Shown here: positions 39,326 through 52,500 of the stretch, piece by piece | Position numbering within the stretch: position 1 is the stretch's first letter | Layout: every line of letters starts with the position of its first letter | Source of the DNA: Malacoraja senta | Taxonomy: Eukaryota | Reading direction: 5' to 3' | Assembly: GCA_038087875.1 (NCBI GenBank) | Contig: CM075990.1 | Span: forward strand, 9,424,001-9,488,000 | DNA length: 64,000 nucleotides | The notes under the pieces: generated by a model | Database searches by the model: none | Told to the model about the DNA's origin: nothing | What the model saw: the letters and a program-made list of their open reading frames with translations, nothing else | Position numbers and translations under genes: made by a program

Positions 39326-42243
39326 AGATTTGCGCCATTACAGAATATCAATACAAGCCCCACCATTAGCATTGTTGATTATTTTCAGCAGCTGCCTACA
39401 TTAGGCAACCAATGATATGGCAGAAAATTAAATTACAAAAGTACTGCTCATTTCGCTTAATGCATATCAGTTACTGGTATAATGCAATAAGCTTTCATAC
39501 TTCACAAAACTATGATTAAATACAGATAACAACGTGGAGGATTCTACTTTCACATGCTAACATGATTTTTCTCAGTACTTTAATTGCACCTTCAATTAAA
39601 ATAATTAAATATTCTTACTCGGCTCCTGCAACATTTAGCTTACTGCAAATCAAAAGAGAAAATATTGCAAATACTCTAGTTCATGCAGCAATTGCTCTTA
39701 GAGCAAAAAACAATTATTGTTTCAGGTGCTATGAAAGCTAATTTGCCTTAAAAAGACTCCACAGATGTGGCCTGATCCATGTATTCCAGCATCCACTATA
39801 TTTTCCAAACTCTGCAATACCATTCAGTTCCAATGAATCCAGCAATTCTTTGTTCTAGCTATATATTTACCTTGATAACATTTTGAATTTTGCTCTATGA
39901 TATGAAAAGATTGATTAATTAAATTCGAAATAGACTCTGCCAACAATATATCTAAATCAAAATCCATTTGAAACACAGTTCCTCGTTTGACATATCGGTT
40001 CCAAGTTTGTCTTCTGAATTGTTTTCCCGAGAGATCACTTGAGAGTATCTGTCATTGACGTCAATGTATCAACCATCTCTTAAGACTTGAAGGAGTGTTA
40101 ATAAAACTGAAATCTGAGAACAAAGGGGGAAATGTTCCACTTATTCAAGAGAATCAAGGAACAAAGAAATATAATTGTGATTGCTGGAGATCAATAATTT
40201 CTGGTGTATCTTTTCATAATTTTTTCAGGACAGACACTGTAAACCAGTTCCATTGAGCTTCTCTCTCCAACACAAGGTCGTTAGGTTACAGTTTCCTTGA
40301 GGACAGTGGTTTTGCTCCAAAGTTAGCTGCAACACTCGAGATGTATAACACCACCCAGAAAAAAATCTCTGTTTCACCAGCTCACCACATCTTCAGCAGC
40401 TCAAGTCCTCCACTCCAAAGAAAAGCATGGCTGCAGGTGCATGGTACCTCATTAGTTTCAAAGTCTGAATCATTCACATCACATTCAATAGCCTGCCCTG
40501 AAGACAAAAAAAGCTGCTATGAAGGCTATGATCATAAATGAGGGAAATGGCTACCAATCACATTGCATGAGCAACCTCATCATTACAACTGCAGTTATTT
40601 ATAAAGGCCCAATACCAGCGTGAGGGTAACTCCAGAAGAGCAGGAAACAAATGTACGAGTTGGGAGATATATCCCAGAAATAAACATTCAGACCATCCTA
40701 TCCTACGTGCAAGTCCAAGGATTATGAATCTTAAAATAAGAAAGCACAGAGATTACTATTATGCATCATTCTGTATTTGTTCAGATCTTTATTTCAAAGA
40801 TTTAAATAAATTAAATTATTGGCATATTTATCCAACTTTGTTTTGTTTAAGAACACAGCTCTGATTTTCTTTAAGTAATTGAGCCAGATTGTGGTCACAC
40901 AGGGAACCACCAGCATCATTCAGTTCCTCTTTGGCTTCCATGAAGTTGCATGTTGTGATGAACAGGAGGTCAGATGCCTTTGCATCTGGTCTTCCGTTGT
41001 GCCCCTGAATCACCACGAAGTCCGTCAATGAAACATCGATGCGCTAAGGTGAGCGGCCAGATTGTTTTTTTACAAGAGGGATGATTGGCTTATTAACATT
41101 TGTGTGAAAGCAGTTGCTGACCCAGTGAGAAAAGTTAAATAAAGAGAAATTATTTATTTAGTCTCAAAAATGTTTTTGATATAGTTAGCATTTTAATTTT
41201 TAATAATCGCTTACTTCAACAATTTTTTTGTAATTCTTTAGTAATTCATAGTTAATAGTAGTGGCAAATTAAAAGTTAAACTATTTTTAAATGTTTCAGA
41301 CTTTTAGAACCACTAAAAAGCAATTCCAGAGGCCTTAACTGGGATGAGCAGTCAAAGACCATTTGGAATTTTGGGGATGGAACTTAGCATTCGACACGAG
41401 GCCGGCTGAAAGTATTTAGCTACTCAGCCTTGGAGGATGCCTCTCAGTTACAACTTGGCCAGTTCTCTATTCAGAGCAAAATACCATAAGAGGGAAGACA
41501 CCAGAGGCAATGAGATCAGGCTCTGGGCTGAGTCCAGGACATTCCAGTCCAATAATTGAGAATTCTAGGTTTTTAGAAAATAAATATTTTATGTACAAAC
41601 CTAACTCAAGCTAAACCTGGTGGAAAACACGTGTAATTTCAAAGGCTCCATTTCTAAGCTTAAATGGTATGATCAAACCAAGATCCGATGCTCCATTTGG
41701 ATGAAAACTCCAACATAACCATATGGAGGATTTCACTCGCCCTACATGTGTTTTTCCTTTACCATAAAGATTGGATTGTAATAAAGATATATGGGTATAG
41801 AAGAGCACGGATTAAATGCTGGAACAGTTGAGATTAATGCGGAAGTGTGCCCACTGGTTGGTGTGGACATGTTGGACCGAATGACTTGTTTACAAGCGGA
41901 ATGATTCTATCATCGCTAAGATATTATAAGTTCAGCACAGGTAAAGTTAAATCCTACATTCACCTACAGTGCCATTTGAGTTGTATTTTCCGCTACTTGT
42001 TCTTAATACATAAAATTAAATGTAGTTTTCAACATACCTTATAAAGTCAGTGTTTCTAAAGTCTCCACCGCTGTGGTAGCTGACTGTACACACACGCACT
42101 CCATGGATTTGTATTTTGCAAGATTAAAATTCTTCACCAATTCTAAGAAAAGAAAATTGACTTATAAAATTCCAAAATCCAAAAAAATGCATGTCATTCA
42201 CTCAGTACATTGCAAAGCATTAAATATACATTTAACAGAAACC

Positions 42244-43273
42244 GCGTAGGAAAGAACTGCAGATGTTGGTTTAAATCGAAGGTAGATGCAAAATGCTAGA
42301 GTAACTCAGCAGGACAGGCAGCATCTCTGGAGAGAAGGAATGAGTGACATTTCGAGTCTGATGTCAGGGGAGTGGGGAGGACAGAGATAGAATGTAGTCG
42401 GAGACAGTAAGACTGGTGGGAGAACTGGGAAAGGGGAGGGGATGGAGAGAGAGGGAAAGCAAGGGCTATTTGAAGTTAGAGAAGTCAATGTTCATACCGC
42501 TGAGGTGTAAGCAATGGGAGGGGGAGTTAAAGTGCTGAGCAACCGGGAGATCAGGTAGGTTAAGGCAGACTGAGCGGAGGTGTTCAGCGAAATGATCGCC
42601 GAGCCTGCGTTTGGTTTCGCCGATGTACAGGAGTAGACACCTGGAACAGCGGATACAGTAGATGATGTTGTAGGAGGTGCAAGTGAACCACTGTCTCACT
42701 TGAAAAGACTGTCGGGGTCCTTGGATGGAGTTGAGGGGGGACGTAAAGGGACAGGTGTTGCATCTCCTGCGGTTGTAGGGGAAAGTACTTGGGGAGGGGA
42801 TAGTTTGGGTGGGAAGGGACGAGTTGACCAGGGAGTTGCGGAGGAACCAGTCTCTGCGGAAAGCAGAAAGGGGTGGAGATGGGAAGATGTGGCCAGTAGT
42901 TGGAGGTGGCGAAAATGTTGGAGGATCATATGCTGTATGCGACAGCTGATGGGGTGGAAGGTGAGGACAAGGGGGACTCTGTCCTTGTTACGAATGGCGG
43001 GAGGGGGAGCAAGAGCGGAGCTGCGGGATATCATGGAGACACTAGTGAGAGCCTCATCTATAATGGAAGAGGGGAACCCCGTTTCCTAAAGAACGAGGAC
43101 ATCCCCGATGACCTGGTATGGAAAAGCTCATCCTGGGCGCAGATGCGACATAGACGGAGGAATAGGGGATAGAGTCTTTACAGGAAGCAGGGTGGGAAGA
43201 AGTGTAGTCTAGTTAGCTATGGGAGTCAGTGGGTTTGTAATAGATGTCAGTCAGTGGGTTTGTAATAGTGGGT
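42244..43273 (-). mobile_element. 5'-truncated Penelope-like element (RT end and GIY-YIG, frameshifted)
   Basis: IIYCIRCSRC..LYIGETKRRLGDHFAEH; 13-bp TSD tttaacagaaacc at 42231-42243 and 43274-43286. Confidence 0.93.
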
Positions 43274-44052
43274 TTTAACAGAAACCAAACAGGTGTGTGT
43301 GATAGTGGCACACAGTTAAATTCTTGGACTAGTTATCTGGGCACATCGACTAACAAACCAGAGTTTGTTCAAGTCTCACCATAAAAGCTGTGGAATTTGA
43401 ATTCAGTTAATAAACTGTAATTTGGAAAATAACTATTATTTGTAATGATGATCACAAAAGGCTACCAGATTGTCATGAAAACTCATTCAGTTCTCTAGTA
43501 CACTTCAGAAAGGAAATCTGCCATCCTTCCACATAGTCCGCCCTTTCAACGATGCCACACCTACCGCATATGGTTTACTTTTGATTGCCCACGGAACAAT
43601 AGCACCATGACTACTGTGTTGAAACAGAGAAGGAATAAAGCTGGATGGACCATGCGGCATCAACCAAGGCATTGAATTTAGACACAGCAAAATCATTCTC
43701 TGCTCAGTCAACTTTGCAAACTTTGGGAAGTGCAGTTTAAATTAGGAGAACTGTCCCACAATGAGTCAAGCAAGCCTGATATTGTCTTTACAGTAGTGAT
43801 TCCAAGGGTATGACCATGTGCCAAACACCCACATCACAAGCCCTGCATACACCCTCCTTCATCAATGTCCAAATCAAAGTAGACAGCACAGCTTGCAAAA
43901 TGTAGCTCTTGAAGTCCTACATATTTATTCAAGACTCCATGATATCTTTGACATCGTCAAATGTGGGCAGGGAATTTTCCTCCTGTTATCATGGACTGCT
44001 CTCACTCTCCTGACAAATCAATGATCCTCCATGTTAAACTGTGCGCAATTAG

Positions 44053-45204
44053 TAGGTATGTTACAATACCTACCTTCAGCGGCGCTGCAATTCTGCCACT
44101 GGCCGTGTGCGCGATTTTGGCGCCTTTGAGGGGGGGGCATGGTTAAAACGCGGGTTTCTCCTACCTTGTCCTGAATTATATTTCGTTGGAGTGCAGGCTT
44201 TTGCTGAAGAATCGTTCCGACGGACGTTTTGTGTATTTTTTATTTTTATTCGCCCGACAATTTCAGCACTGGAATGATTTTAAAATCAGCTTCTAAAGCC
44301 GTCAACGCCGACAACGGGGACGGATTTCACGCACGGGACAGGTAAACGAAAGCAGTTTATTTTATGTATAAAAGTGCTTCTTAAGAGGTGTTTAATTCAC
44401 ATTTTAATTTGCGAAACGGTGATTTTTGTCCCCGAACGAACCGGCAGTATTTTTCATGCCGATACGGGGTTAAATTCACTGCAAATGTAACGTTCCAATT
44501 GATCACGTTCCAGAAAAACCCACTCGCAAGATGATTTAAATGCCCATTAATTTACAGGTATTAAACATTAAATTCCTTCCATTTGGCCTATAAATCCATG
44601 ACAATGAGATTTAAAAATTATGTTATATTGTGAATTCTTGTGTGAATGTTATTTGGACACTTAGGCTATTTAAAAATGTAAATCTATTCTTAAGAAATTG
44701 ATAGATGTTTAGATCTAGTAATTGAATTTTGTAATTAGCTACAATTAGGTAACTAACTAATTATATGCTTTAATTTCATGTTATCTAAGTAAGATTGTTT
44801 CATGGGTACACAAAAATGCTGGAGAAACTCAGCGGGTGCAGCAGCATCTATGGTGCGAAGGAAATAGGTAACGTTGCGGGCCGAAACCCTTCTTCAAACA
44901 AATGTTTCATATTTGTTTCAGCATGCTTTAATTTATAATAACTGAAAATGTCTTTCAGTTCTCTTAATTTTTAAGAAAGTTATGGGCTTTTGACTGTCCT
45001 TGATCACAGCTTTTGTGTTAAGTCAATGGAAAAGCAATAGGGAACAAGATGCTCATTTCCAAGTATGAAAATGGCCATAACTTTTTTAAATACTGAAGAT
45101 ATGAAAGTGAATTAGGTGTCAAATTAAACGTCTTTTTATGTTTTATCTGATGGGATAAATTACAGACTTGATTATTAAAATCTCAAAATGTTGTAACATT
45201 CCTA
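44053..45204. mobile_element. Non-autonomous TIR DNA transposon
   Basis: TIR TAGGtATGTTACAA / TTGTAACATTCCTA; flanks caattag / cagttag (7 bp, one mismatch). Confidence 0.75.
44804..44902 (-). mobile_element. Solo Penelope terminal-repeat insertion
   Basis: Reverse complement of about 49500-49595; tgtttcat repeated on both flanks. Confidence 0.75.
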
Positions 45205-45279
45205 CAGTTAGAGCTCTGGAAGAGCTGATTTCTGGAGATCAGGAGACAACATCATAAAACTTAGTAAACTGAATTTAGT

Positions 45280-45426
45280 AGACTTAGATTTAGCTCTTGG
45301 GGCTAAAGGAATCAAGCGATATGGGGAAAAAGAAGGAACGGGGTACTGATTTTAGATGATCAGCCATGATCACATTGAATGGCTCGAAGGGCCAAATGGC
45401 CTACTCCTGCACCGATGTTTCTATGA
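45280..45426 (+). mobile_element. Short CR1 3' end
   Basis: gatcagccatgatcacattgaatgg..ggcctactcctgcacc. Confidence 0.8.
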
Positions 45427-46904
45427 AGTCAAAAGGCATTAAGGGGAAAACATTCCAGTGGTTTGAGTCACGCCTTGCCCAAAGGAAGATGAACGTGATG
45501 CTGTAGGTCAATTAACCCAGCCTCACAACATCATTGCTGGAGTTCCTCAAGGCAGCTTCACAAGCTCAAATGTTTTTGGTTGCTTCCTCAAAAACATTCC
45601 TTCTGTCACAAGATCAAAGGTAGGGATGTTCACTTATGATTGCACCATGTTCAATTCCATTCATAACTCCCAAGCAAATGAATGAATCCAGACCTCCATG
45701 CAGCAACAACTAAACAAGGGCATGGGATGATAAGTAAGACTCAGCACAGAAGTGTCAGGTTATGACCATTTCCAACAAGGGAGAGTCTAACCATTACCAC
45801 ATTTACATTACTATCACCAAGTCCTCAACTGTCAACATCCTGAGGAGGTTCACCATTAAGAGAAACTTAACCAACTACATAAATACCATGGATACAACAG
45901 AAGGATAGAGGCCGAGTATTCTGCAGTGAGTGACTCATTTCCTCACGTCAATCCTTTTTGCTACCTACAAGGCAGGTCAGAAATACGAAGGAAAAGTTGA
46001 ATGAGCGCAGCTCCAATAACGCTCAAGAAAATTGACACCATCTAAAATAATGCAGCGCCTTAATCGACACCCCAACGACCAAACAAAATATCAATTCCCT
46101 CTGCCATGTGCAGTGTGCATCATTGACAAAATGCACTGCTGTTACTTGCCTCGGCTATTCGGGAAGCACCACCCAAACCAGTGCCCTCTAGCACGAGAGT
46201 GCATGGGAACACCAGCTTCCTGTCCACGACACTAGTCACAAGTATGATTTGGAAACAAATTGCAGGTTCGTCGTCACTGGGTCTGAATCCGGGAACTCCC
46301 TACGCAATAATGCCATGAGTGTACTTTCATCAGAAAGACTGCAGTAATTCAAGGTGAAACTGCCAGCTTCTCAGGGGAAATAATACTGGGTTTCTCAGCA
46401 ACAGCTAGGTCCCCAAAAATGAATATAACCACCACATTGCAAGGACATAAGGAGCAGTGCAGTAATCAATATTGTGCAGCTGCAGGTAATTTCTTATGTG
46501 TCATTAAGGGGCCATTAGTTAAAAACGGATCATTAATTTCCATACTCTATTATACAAATGAGATCTTCCCTTTACATAAGTTTTAAACTGACAAGGCTCT
46601 TACTCCAGATCTCAGTAGGTTATCATGTGGTTTCCTGCAGAGTACAGCTTTTGAGCTTCCTCTGACATCACACTATGCAGTAGTTAGCGATTCATATTGA
46701 TTCTTTCCTGACTTGCATCCGCCCTATGCTGTATGCCCTATCCCTCTTCCCTATGCTGATAGCCTGTCCTCAGATTATCTCTTCCCATTCAATGCACTTC
46801 ATTACATGATATACATCCTCAGGTTACTTGGCCTTTCATCAACTTCTCAACAACTTAAAGTTAAATATTAAAGAAACTCTTTTTCCCTCAGCTAATTTTT
46901 CATA

Positions 46905-47320
46905 AACCAAAGAACTTAAGAAATCAAGAGTAAGCTATTCCATTCCTTAAGCTTACCTTCTCATTTAATATGAACAAGACAATCTGCCTCAGGCCTCAAC
47001 TCCTCCACTGTGCAAGGTCCCATTAGTCCTTAGTTCCACGATCTTTCAAAAATGTATCTACTTCCTCTTTAAATAGGCCCAGTGACCTGGCTTTTACAAC
47101 CCCCTGGATTAGAGCATTCCAGAGATTCACGACCCGCTGCAAAAATCTGTCTTAAGCACCTCAGTTTTAAATCTTGTAACATTTTCGCATTCTAAAAAAG
47201 ATTCTCCTATGAGTGTAAAAATCAACCCTGTCATACCCCTAAAAGATCTTGTGTGCTTCAATAAGATAATGTCTTATTGCTTTAAACTGCAACAAATATA
47301 CACCTAATTTCTATGGGCAC
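46905..47320 (-). mobile_element. Old CR1 3' fragment
   Basis: gcattccagagattcacgaccc..cacctcagttttaaa remnant. Confidence 0.55.
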
Positions 47321-47438
47321 TGCTGATAGAACAATTGACATATCCTGGGAAATAGCCATGCGATTCTTTAGCATGAACCCCAAAACAGTGTTTATCACTG
47401 ACTTACATCAATCTGGAACAGATTCATATATAGAGCCT

Positions 47439-47672
47439 GGACAAAAGTGCTGGAGAAACTCAGCAGGTGAGGCAGCATCTATGGAGTGAAGGAAATAGGC
47501 GGCGTTCGGGTCGAGACCCTTCTTCAGACCCTTCTTCAGACCTGTCTCAAGAAGGGTCTCGACCCGAAAAGTCGCCTATTTCCTTCGCTCCATAGATGCT
47601 GCCTCACCCGCTGGGTTTCTCCAGCATTTTTGTCTACCTTCGATTTTCCAGCATCTGCAGTTCCTTCTTAAA
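47439..47672. mobile_element. Palindromic (head-to-head) dimer of Penelope terminal repeats
   Basis: Inverted arms of about 90 bp; 14-bp TSD catatatagagcct at 47425-47438 and 47673-47686. Confidence 0.88.
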
Positions 47673-47769
47673 CATATATAGAGCCTATTGAGTTTCACTT
47701 CTTACATCTACATCTTTAATGAGTAACTGATAAGAGGCACTGTTTATGCTCCACTGCTAATTTTTAGTA

Positions 47770-48027
47770 TCTTTAGACTTTTAGCGCGGAAACAGAACCT
47801 TTGGCCTACAGAGACCACGCCCACCAGTGATCCCTGTACACTAGCACTATCCTACACACTACACACCTGTACGTCTTTGGAGTGTGGGAGGAAACCAGAG
47901 GACCCAGACAAAACCTACGCAGTCGCAGGGAGAACGTACAAACTCCATACAGCACCCGTTGTCAGAATCAAACCCAAGTCTCTGATGCTGTAAGGCAGCA
48001 ACTCTGCCGCTGTGCCACTGTGGCACT
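47770..48027 (-). mobile_element. HE1-like SINE
   Basis: Similar to 22403-22716. Confidence 0.8.
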
Positions 48028-48175
48028 ATCTATCAAACATCAGTTTGTATGGGGTTTTTTTGCCAAATTTGTAATTAAATATGAATTGCGAAGTAACTTC
48101 CCGAATAAACCTAAACAAAATACGTGCATATCATTAAAAGTCAAACATTTTTCTCGTTCAACATAATTCAACATA

Positions 48176-49595
48176 TGTTGAACTCCTCCCATTTCCTCCA
48201 AATACAAGGCGTAGCTATGGGCACACGCATGGGTCCCAGCTACGCCTGCCTCTTTGTCGGGTACGTAGAACAATCCTTGTTCAATACGTACCTTGGCCCC
48301 ATCCCCGACCTCTACCTCCGCTACATCGATGACTGTTTTGGTGCCACCTCCTGCACCCACACACAACTGACTGACTTCATCCGCTTCACCATCAACTTCC
48401 ATCCGGCACTCAAATATACCTGGACCATTTCCGACACTTCCCTACCATTCCTTGACCTCACTATCTCCATCGCAGGTGATAGACTCCTTACCGACATCCA
48501 TAACAAACCTACCGACTCCCATGGCTATCTGGACTACACTTCTTCCCACCCTGCTTCCTGTAAGGACTCCATCCCCCACTCCCAATTCCTCCGTCTACGC
48601 CGCATCTGCTCCCAGGATGAGGCGTTCCACACCAGGGCATCCGAAATGTCCTCATTCTTGAGGGAACGGGGGTTCCCCTCCTCCACCATAGATGAGGCTC
48701 GCACCAGGGTCTCTGCCATACCCCGCAACACTGCTCTCTCTCCCCATCCCCCCACTCACAACAAGGGCAGAGTCCCCCTAGTCCTCACCTTTCACCCCAC
48801 CAGCCGTCTCATACAAGTGATCCTCCGTCAGTTTCGCCACCTCCAACGTGACCCCACCACTCGCCACATCTTCCCATCTCCCCCCATGTCTGCCTTCCGC
48901 AAAGACCGCTCCCTCCGTAACTCCCTTGTCAATTCTTCCCTTCCCTCCCGTACCACCCCCTCCCCGGGTACTTTCCCTTGCAACCGCAAGAGATGCAACA
49001 CTTGTCCCTTCACCTCCCCCCTCCACTCCATTCAAGGACCCAAGCAGTCGTTCCAGGTGCGACAGAGGTTCACCTGCATCTCCTCCAACCTCATCTATTG
49101 CATCGGCTGTTCTAGATGTCAGCTGATCTACATCGGTGAGACCAAGCGGAGGCTTGGCGATCGTTTCGCCGAACACCTCCGGTCGGTCCGCAATAACCAA
49201 CCTGACCTCCCGGTGGCTCAGCACTTCAACTCCCCCTCCCATTCCGTATCTGACCTCTCTGTCCTGGGTCTCCTCCACGGCCACAGCGAGCAACACCGGA
49301 AATTGGAGGAAATGCACCTCATATTCCGCTTGGGCAGTCTACATCCTGGGGGCATGAACATTGAATTCTCCCAATTCTGCTAGCCCTTGCTGTCCCCTCC
49401 CCTTCATCAGCCCTCTGGTTGTCTCCTCCCATCCCCTAGCCCTCGGGCTCCTCTTCCGCCTTTTTTCCTTTCTTCCTTTCTTCTCCCCACCCCCTATCAG
49501 TCTGAAGAAGGGTTTCAGCCCGAAACGTTGCCTATTTCCTTCGCTCCATAGATGCTGCTACACCCGCTGAGTTTCTCCAGCATTTTTGTGTACCT
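48176..49595 (+). mobile_element. 5'-truncated Penelope-like element with an uninterrupted RT-C/GIY-YIG ORF and 3' terminal repeat
   Basis: QIQGVAMGT, YLRYIDD, LPFLD and IYCIGCSRC..YIGETKR motifs, stop at 49383; 13-bp TSD ataattcaacata at 48163-48175 and 49596-49608. Confidence 0.95.
49502..49529 (+). ncRNA. Putative minimal type I hammerhead ribozyme core in the Penelope terminal repeat
   Basis: CUGAAGA-A-GGG uuucag CCC-GAAAC-GUU. Confidence 0.6.
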
Positions 49596-52500
49596 ATAAT
49601 TCAACATAAACTGTGCTGTACACAGCTGAAACCTTGGACACTACTCTCATAGGTTCATTATAGTTAAAAAAAAACTCTCTGCCACCTCAAGTAATCATAT
49701 TCAAATTGTTATAATTCACATATCATATATTAAATTGACGCAATGTCTTTTAAAATACTAAACATTCCTTCCTTTACCAGCTGTCTTTATTACATAAAAT
49801 TATCAGGCTAAATAAGCACATTTTTAAATGATGCATTATCTCACTTGAATGTTAATATGCAACAAGAATTAGGGAAATGAACCGAGGACAATCTCGAGTA
49901 GGTTCAAAGATTGATTTTAATCTATGTAATTTCCTTCAATGCAATTGACGTGAATTTATGGCTATCTAATTACCAGGACAATCAAATATCTTTGATATAC
50001 CTAGCTGCTTATATTTATTTTCACAATAAAACTTTACGTACTCACTTCATTCACTAATAAATTTGAAACCATTCTTTAGTGCAGGCTATGCATATATTTC
50101 TATTTAAAAGTGTCTGGATTTTACATTGCTCGCAAGTAAAGCAGAAAAGAAAACATGAAACTGAGCCCTGGCGATGATAACTATGAGACAATGGAGTCTA
50201 TGCTCAGTAGACAACTGGATTATAATTTTTCCCCAAAATTCACTACCTTTACAAACAATTACCCATTTACAAATTCTATTAAAATGCCACTGTCCATTTG
50301 TCACAATCAACCACTTGCTGTGTATTTACTTTGCAAACTGCAAAGGAAATAAATTTAACATGGTTTCTTCAGTAAATTGTTATTTCTCAGATATCAGTGC
50401 TCCAAAATATTTTCCTGGCAGGCTCCAATAAAAAGTGCAGAGTTGCACTATTCAACCATTCTGTCATAACCATTTTATGTTCTCACTGCTTAGAAGGTCC
50501 CATGTCGAAATTACTATGTTGTCTTGGAAGACATTGGAGTGATAATTCCTTTTCTCTTTTAAATAGAAAAAGTTTGATGTGCAACAAACATTATCATCTT
50601 TAGTACTCTTTTATTTTTTTTAATTTACAAGTCACAATCAAAACAGATTATTAATCAAAACCTGTGAAGTAGCTCTTCTATCAACAATAATACAATTTCC
50701 ATCACATTATTTGATACACAATCAAGTCAATTTCATTTGGCTAATCACTATAAATTAATGGTTCTGGTAGTATATTGCATGTTATAGAGGATAACAAATA
50801 AATCATCTATAGTGAAGCTTCAGCAGCTAAGATTAATACTGCCTGAAAACTAGTTTCATCTTTAGATTCTCTCAACCACTATTGGAAGAATAGTTCAAAC
50901 CCAAATAAAACCTCTCATTAAAAATGGTGCCATTTATAAATTTGATATTGATTTATTCTCACATGTACTGAGAGACAGTGAAAAACATTGTTTTGATGCA
51001 AGTGAAAATTTGTTTTGGTGGAAGTTAAACCCAATTCATTATCTGGTGTTGAGACTGTAAAACATGCTCACCCATTCTGAACCAGATTTATCCTGTAGAT
51101 GTTCCCCCTCTTTCACTCATTATTCACAGAGCCAACATATATACCCAATTACCAGATACAAACTAAATAGCGACATAACATAATCAGACACCCAACCCCC
51201 ACCCCCTGCCAACATAAACCTCCAACCCACCCCAGTTTAGTTTAGAGTAAGAGCAAAGCTGTTCCCTCCACCAAATTAAAGTAACCAGAAATCCCACTTA
51301 AAGTAGCTGCCAAAAGAATGGGCGTTGTTTGTGACTGAGGAAATTTATTTTACACTGTGAGTTGCAGGTTGTCACGACCTGGAACATAATCAGTGGGTGG
51401 GGCAATCAAAAATGCTGTAGCAACTTTCAATGAGCATCAGGCATAATGAGGTCTCATGTGCAAGGCTATGATGAAAGCACTGGGATATTGGGACTAACTT
51501 TGATTGTTCTTTCATGGATTCACATAGGCATGTTTAGATACCGAACAGGCCAGAGCAAAATTGCCCCCTTTGATATTACATACTAGATGTGGTCCCAAAT
51601 TATCTCATAAAAGATAGATTAGTGATACTAATTTAAATTATTTGACTGCAGTACTCTGATGCTGGTACGTAGCCTGGAATTCATCCAAGCTTTTGATCAT
51701 GCTCTACTATTGTATGGCAGTTATGTATTTATTCCCCAAAGCACTACAAGTGCAGGCTACAATTACTGATTCTACCATCTGAACAAGATTGAGTAGCATA
51801 TCAGTTAACTTATTTAGGAACTTTAATATCCCCAAAGCAGCAATCATATCATGTTACAAACTTTTTTCCAGTCAGAAAATCTCCAACATATATTTTTCAG
51901 AACTTGTATTTATACAGTATACTGAGAAAATAAGGGTGGCTAATTTATGACAGGATAACCCATGGCTATCCCTTCATTCCTCAGCTTTTTGCTGCTTTGT
52001 ATTACAGATGTAAGAGATTCTATCACTAGTTGAAAAATATTGCTTTTAACTATTCAATCAAGTACCTGAATCTATTCTGCAAACTCTGAAAGAGCAAGAC
52101 ACAAAAAATGCGGGTAGGTTGGCTCAGGGTGGCATTTACAATGTGTAAACCGATGTATATATTTTTCAATGATGTACACACACACTAAATAAACCAGTTA
52201 ATTCAGGATTCTGAAAGTATGGTATCTTTAAAAAGCACTATAAACACTGAGAACTTACATTTTAAAAAGATCCAAAGATCCTACAGGTAATTAAACAAAC
52301 CAATCCTCAACATTAGCTATTCTGAGAAATGTTAATCCCACTTACTGAGTAATAATTAGGACTTTATGCACCACTGAATGAGAAATATTCAGCTTTGAAG
52401 AGCAGTATTTCAACATTAAACCACATTAAGGGCATTGGGAATTATCTATGAATCACCATCAGTGAGAACATATAGCCTTTACTTCTGATCTATTTCCCTA

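Larger units (their letters stand above)
43300..46425 (+). mobile_element. Ancient LINE remnant with a SacSINE-like head and tail, split by later insertions
   Basis: Head gttcaagtctcacc..ggaatttgaattc..aaggaaatctgccatcctt; remnants resembling AGVPQGS at about 45535; tail resembles those at 32410 and 56570. Confidence 0.55.
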
